Assembly: GCA_038740615.1 (NCBI GenBank)
Contig: JAVYLQ010000003.1
Coordinates: 1 to 39,905 of the forward strand
Length of the DNA: 39,905 nucleotides
Direction: 5' to 3'
Source of the DNA: Candidatus Anstonellales archaeon
GTDB lineage: Archaea; Micrarchaeota; Micrarchaeia; Anstonellales; J096
The notes beneath the pieces were generated by a model. That model had not been told where the DNA came from, did no database searches, and saw nothing but the letters and a program-made list of their open reading frames with translations. Of this stretch, positions 35,371 to 39,905 are shown in pieces. Within the stretch, counting starts at the first letter, position 1; each line of letters begins with the position of its first letter. The position numbers were made by a program, and so were the translations under genes.

Positions 35371-36423
35371 TCAATGTCTGAAATTGTACAGTCTATTTAG
35401 TGATATAGGCTCTCCTCTTTCTGTCAGATTCTGAATTCTCTCTTTTAGAGTTTCTGAACTGAATTTTAGAATATAATTATGCTTAGTCAATACTTCTTCC
35501 TTCTTGTATCCGATACTTTCCAATATCTCTAATTTATTCAATAACTCTTCATAACTTATCTTAGTAAATTTACTAGTATCTACCTTCAATCCCAGTTCTC
35601 TGATATAGTCAATACCTCTCTTCCTGATTCTATCGTTGTTATTACTCTCTTTAGGATTAAGTACTCTAGATATATAATCGTTAGGATCTATTTTGCTAGT
35701 GAGATACTTTATATGATTTGAGAGGAATTCATCGGGATCATTTACTAAGCTATTTAACAGTTCATATCTCTGTTTTACTCTAGAATAATCTAAAATCATC
35801 TTATCTATAAAACTCTTACCAAAATTCTTCCTACAATATTCTACAACCTCATGATGAGGTATACCATAAATCCTTCTGATCAGATCAAAAATCCATTCAA
35901 TCCTCTCATTACTATAAATTAATCTAATAGGATATTCACGAGGATCTAGACCGTAATATTTGAGCATATTGATTTTTTCTACAATACTCTTCATACTTAG
36001 ATTCAGCACCTGCGATTTTTCATTAACTCTGATCCCGTAGGTTTCTTCTAACCATTGAATTTTTCTTAATCTATAAGGTACAGCTCTAGCTATAATGTTA
36101 TCAATACTTCCCCTCCCATATAATAGTATAGGCATCTCAAGTACAACTTCCCCTACTTTCTCACCAAACCTATCTTTTAATTCCTGAATTCTTTCCTTTA
36201 TAGCTTTGTATCTAATCACCATGGATACGAAAGCATTCTTAGATCTCTTATAAATTTTATCTATAAATACATCTGAATCAATCCCTAGAGCTGAGATCTC
36301 TTTAAGAATATCCTCTAATTTATCCCTGTTTCTATATAAAAGAGAAACTATTTTTGGATTATTTTTTGTATATATTTTCTTGTTTCTTAATTCTTCTGCG
36401 AATTGATATAGCTCCCTATTCAT
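35371..36423 (-). CDS. Helical repeat protein, mTERF-like
   Basis: About 8 imperfect repeats of the type SxxxI/LxxR/KIxxLxxxG. The CDS is secure; the family is inferred. Confidence 0.6.
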   Translation of the reverse strand: MNRELYQFAEELRNKKIYTKNNPKIVSLLYRNRDKLEDILKEISALGIDSDVFIDKIYKRSKNAFVSMVIRYKAIKERIQELKDRFGEKVGEVVLEMPILLYGRGSIDNIIARAVPYRLRKIQWLEETYGIRVNEKSQVLNLSMKSIVEKINMLKYYGLDPREYPIRLIYSNERIEWIFDLIRRIYGIPHHEVVEYCRKNFGKSFIDKMILDYSRVKQRYELLNSLVNDPDEFLSNHIKYLTSKIDPNDYISRVLNPKESNNNDRIRKRGIDYIRELGLKVDTSKFTKISYEELLNKLEILESIGYKKEEVLTKHNYILKFSSETLKERIQNLTERGEPISLNRLYNFRH

Positions 36424-36435
36424 GCTTTTTATAGA

Positions 36436-37074
36436 TTATTTTTTATTTTTTAATATTTTCCTGATAATTCTCCAACTACGCCATAGCATTCTAGTAGGCC
36501 ATGAGTAATATCTAACCCTAAACTTGGCACTCTTCAGTTTATTCAGAAAATCTTTTGGATTCTCTATATCAAATTCGTCTATTTCTATCTCAGTGCTATT
36601 TAGAGCTAACGGATAATGTGCATCACTACCTACAATCTTCACAGAATCTTTGAATATCTGTTGAGCTCTATTATTGTATATAGGATCATCAATTTTTGCA
36701 TTAAACACCTCAATAATATCTACATATTTATCAGCATCCTCTCCAAATCCGTATCTGGCCTGATCTAGAGGATGTGGGGCTACAACCAATCCTCCCTGAG
36801 CTCTAATTGTGTCTATAACTTCCATATAATGTAGCCCTTTAGGGATCTCTTCGTTTATAAACAACCCTATGAGTTCAACATTTCTACCATCATCTCTTTT
36901 ACATAATATCTCTTCAGCTATTATAGTAGGCCTGTATTTTTTATACTCCAAACTCCCTCTTATAGTATTATGATCCGTAATTACTAAGAGTTTATTTCTC
37001 CCATACCACTTCAGATATTTGATAGGATTTAATCCATCCGAATAAGGAGTATGGATATGAAACTCCATTTTCAT
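36436..37074 (-). CDS. PHP-domain metal-dependent phosphoesterase
   Basis: HIHTPYSDG, ITDHN, AEEI, APHP, IEVFNA, GSDAH. Confidence 0.92.
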   Translation of the reverse strand: MKMEFHIHTPYSDGLNPIKYLKWYGRNKLLVITDHNTIRGSLEYKKYRPTIIAEEILCKRDDGRNVELIGLFINEEIPKGLHYMEVIDTIRAQGGLVVAPHPLDQARYGFGEDADKYVDIIEVFNAKIDDPIYNNRAQQIFKDSVKIVGSDAHYPLALNSTEIEIDEFDIENPKDFLNKLKSAKFRVRYYSWPTRMLWRSWRIIRKILKNKK

Positions 37075-37080
37075 ATAGAA

Positions 37081-37770
37081 CTACTCCCCCTTTACAATTA
37101 TAAACAACCAAAATGTTTTTATTAGATCTAGTAAAAAGTGTAGTGTCTGCAGAATAATGATGATAATTGGATCCTGAGCTGCAATGGGGTCTAAAGAATA
37201 TGTTATTAAAAAATATACAATCTGAAATAGTACAGTTACTACTAAAAAACCCAGGAATATATTGGGTTTAATGTTCAACATGTCTTTAGTAGTTTCTCGG
37301 ATTGATCGAGATGAGACATAGCTGGATATAAACTTAAATATCACATAGTCGACTATTATCTTCATAAATAGGGCAAAAACAATTATTATAATGCCGATAA
37401 AAGAGCTTGTTGGTACTACTTGATAAATTGTTAAAATTGTATAATTAGATAGGAGCATAGCTATCCCTACAATTGCTGATCCAACTAATGAGGTATTTAG
37501 ATCCTTTAGATATCTCGTTATGCTTTCCCTCCATCCTTTAGCATTGATTCTATGAAATATAAGAATATATAACGCACCTAGTAGTGCTATCGAAAATATT
37601 GCAATTAATATGGATAGAGGAGGAAATATAATAATTAATGGAATAAATATTAACATAACGAATGTAATCAGGACAGATCCAAAAAATACTATCAGTGGAA
37701 TCTTTAGAATCTCACGTTGATCTATCAATAGATTCAAGAGAATTGATAAAGACCTACTCAGAACTTCCAT
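37081..37770 (-). CDS. Hypothetical multi-pass membrane protein
   Basis: About 6 hydrophobic helices; the likely start is ATG 37770 (MEVLSRS). Confidence 0.75.
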   Translation of the reverse strand: MEVLSRSLSILLNLLIDQREILKIPLIVFFGSVLITFVMLIFIPLIIIFPPLSILIAIFSIALLGALYILIFHRINAKGWRESITRYLKDLNTSLVGSAIVGIAMLLSNYTILTIYQVVPTSSFIGIIIIVFALFMKIIVDYVIFKFISSYVSSRSIRETTKDMLNIKPNIFLGFLVVTVLFQIVYFLITYSLDPIAAQDPIIIIILQTLHFLLDLIKTFWLFIIVKGE

Positions 37771-37839
37771 AAGTTTATAAGATAAGAAGTGTTTTAATAT
37801 CGATAAGCTTTTAATATTTTTTATTGTTACATAAAAATT

Positions 37840-39905
37840 ATGATTTATCAAATTTTAATTATCTTGACAACTCTTCTAATCTATACAAATTCAATTAGTT
37901 GTAACGTCGGAAACTATCAAGAATTTGCAGACGCAATACAAGGAAACAGTTGCACAGAGATCCTCCTACTAAATTCTATTAATGGCCTAAATAATACATT
38001 ACTCTTAGGATCAGATAAAATTGTTAATAGTTCTAATTTTTATATAGTTGAAAATTTAACTCTGATTGGTTCCTATAGATTGATTACTGAAAATATAGAT
38101 TTAAGAAATTCTGAAATTAATCTAAGTGAATTTGTAATGATACAAAATCGATTTGATATTTACAACAATCTGTTTAAATTAATCATAGTTATTAAAGAAG
38201 CACATATTGTTTTTGAAGGAGTTGGATTTAATAGTTGGTCTAGAATGATAAATATTTCTTGTGATCAGCTATATATCCGCGGCAATCTTACTATTAATGG
38301 GCAAGGAATAGGTTCTACTGATAGGAGGTTTAGAGCTGAAAATACGCTGATTGCATGTAACTATGTTGATATACAGAATCTAACCATTCTTTATCAGAAT
38401 TTAACAATTTATTCCAACATTCTAAATCTATCTGATATTATAGTAAATGCTCACCAAGGTGGTTATTTTATTATACATTCCAATTTTACTAAAATTAAAG
38501 GCTTGAATGGTAGTCGTTCAAACATAACAATCTTATCAGATCAGCTCGTAATGCAAGAAATAAGAGAAGAATATGAGGGTACAATACATATTAGTGCAAG
38601 AGAAATGATTGCTGATAACATTAAGTTTATTAACCCTGGCTATGGAAGTGGAAGTATTATATTCAACATTTCAAAATTATTGAACATAACAGATATAATC
38701 ATAGAAAATCAAAGTTACTTTAAAATTATTTTATTGAATGCTTCCTCAAATATAAATAAATTTACTCTTAAAGGTAGAACGTTCGCAGGAAATAGAAAAA
38801 TTATTGAGCTTCAGAATAGTGAGGTTAATCTAACTGATTTTGAAATATCTGCCAATATTGAGCCCCCAGTAAATATCACATTATTTAATTTAACTAATTC
38901 CAATCTATCTATTCGTAATATCAATATTAAAAATTCAACTGTTCCAATGCTGGGTTTTAGCTCCTCGGTATTATTATTTTTCCAATCTAACAATAGCTCA
39001 ATAGATATTCGCAATATGTATATTAATTATTCTTCCATTAGTGGTGGAATTAATAATCGTCTGGATATTATTCAATTTAATGGATGGAACGGAATATTAT
39101 CTGCACAAAATGTGTCAATTAATCAAAGGAGACATGGTTCCAACTTTATTTATACGGAAGGAGACAAGTCAAAAATCTGGCTAAATGATCTAAATGCAAC
39201 GGAAGCGGGGAATATGTTAATACAAGCTAGAAATTTCATAAATTCGTCTATTATTATATCAAATACAACTATCAAAAATAGTGATTTCGGGCTAATTAAT
39301 ATAAGTAGATCATCTATAGATCCTAAAATAGAAATGCATGAAATAATACTAGAAAATTTGTATTACAATAATGAAGTCGAAAATATGCCTTGGGCTTATA
39401 ACCCATTAATAATCATTTATAATCCAATCCCTAGTTTTAAATCTAAAATAGTAAATATCACTTTATTAAATCTAAGCTTATATAATATCAGCAGAACATT
39501 AATTAGAGGAGGCGATGTAGACGTTATAAATTTAAATATTTCAAAATTAGATATTCAAGGAAAACTTAGTGGACCACTATTGAATATTTCATATATAGAA
39601 AATTTAGAGTTATCTTACTCAAATATTTCAACATCATCAAACTTGAATTTTATGCATGTCGGAATATGTGGTAATTTATCTAAAAATACATCATGTAAAG
39701 TATACAATAACAGTTTTGATTTTTCCAATCCTCATTCTGACGGTTATTTTATAGTTTTAGATAATATATACAATACAAACAGAAATAATAGTATTATTAT
39801 ATATAACAATTACATAAAAGCTCGTTATTTACTCCGAATAACCGGCTCAAACAATGACATTGGAAGAATGTTATTTTACAACAATATTATAAATTTAAGT
39901 TCTGG
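37840..39905 (+). CDS. Partial large secreted Asn/Ile-rich beta-helix-like surface protein (runs off the right edge; not in ORF track)
   Basis: Frame checked by hand and open for 688 codons from ATG 37840. Signal-like MIYQILIILTTLLIYTNS, many N-x-S/T sequons, NosD-like IIIYNNYI and FYNNIIN repeats. Confidence 0.82.
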   Translation, partial: MIYQILIILTTLLIYTNSISCNVGNYQEFADAIQGNSCTEILLLNSINGLNNTLLLGSDKIVNSSNFYIVENLTLIGSYRLITENIDLRNSEINLSEFVMIQNRFDIYNNLFKLIIVIKEAHIVFEGVGFNSWSRMINISCDQLYIRGNLTINGQGIGSTDRRFRAENTLIACNYVDIQNLTILYQNLTIYSNILNLSDIIVNAHQGGYFIIHSNFTKIKGLNGSRSNITILSDQLVMQEIREEYEGTIHISAREMIADNIKFINPGYGSGSIIFNISKLLNITDIIIENQSYFKIILLNASSNINKFTLKGRTFAGNRKIIELQNSEVNLTDFEISANIEPPVNITLFNLTNSNLSIRNINIKNSTVPMLGFSSSVLLFFQSNNSSIDIRNMYINYSSISGGINNRLDIIQFNGWNGILSAQNVSINQRRHGSNFIYTEGDKSKIWLNDLNATEAGNMLIQARNFINSSIIISNTTIKNSDFGLINISRSSIDPKIEMHEIILENLYYNNEVENMPWAYNPLIIIYNPIPSFKSKIVNITLLNLSLYNISRTLIRGGDVDVINLNISKLDIQGKLSGPLLNISYIENLELSYSNISTSSNLNFMHVGICGNLSKNTSCKVYNNSFDFSNPHSDGYFIVLDNIYNTNRNNSIIIYNNYIKARYLLRITGSNNDIGRMLFYNNIINLSS

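Noticed and set aside
1-39905. CRISPR arrays, IS elements, rRNA genes, tRNA introns
   Set aside because: No regularly spaced direct repeats, transposase motifs or long GC-rich RNA genes were seen. Both tRNAs are contiguous.

Overview
This is a gene-dense, AT-rich archaeal chromosomal segment. The archaeal-type informational genes, compact or overlapping ORFs, leaderless starts about 27-31 nt after TTTAAA boxes and GGTGA ribosome-binding sites fit a small-genome DPANN-like archaeon, though the lineage is my inference. Housekeeping genes are thermosome, AsnRS, aIF5A, eS24, KsgA, IDI-2, SuhB, SOD, GatD, the eL8(L7Ae)-eS28-eL24-Ndk operon, Mre11, a GlmU-like enzyme, DNA ligase, PyrH, GGPP synthase, eL20-PfdA-FtsY, ThpR, Trm5, XPF, a rhomboid protease and a PHP protein. 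There are also tRNA-Gly(TCC), tRNA-Ala(TGC) and two textbook box C/D sRNAs that the ORF track cannot show. The best candidate for an undescribed system is a tightly coupled five-gene minus-strand operon (13409-19220). It encodes an apparently split VirB4-like ATPase, a small membrane hairpin protein, a coiled-coil/winged-helix protein and a large membrane protein with a winged-helix tail. Nearby are a prepilin-peptidase-like gene, a catalytically dead ComEC-type lipoprotein, a dead KaiC-like ATPase and a TraX homolog. Other oddities are a full-length pseudo-glutamine synthetase, an mTERF-like repeat protein, tandem orphan paralogs, and a C/D guide exactly complementary to the bacterial-type 16S helix 34 sequence. 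All family assignments come from motif recognition by eye, not from database searches.
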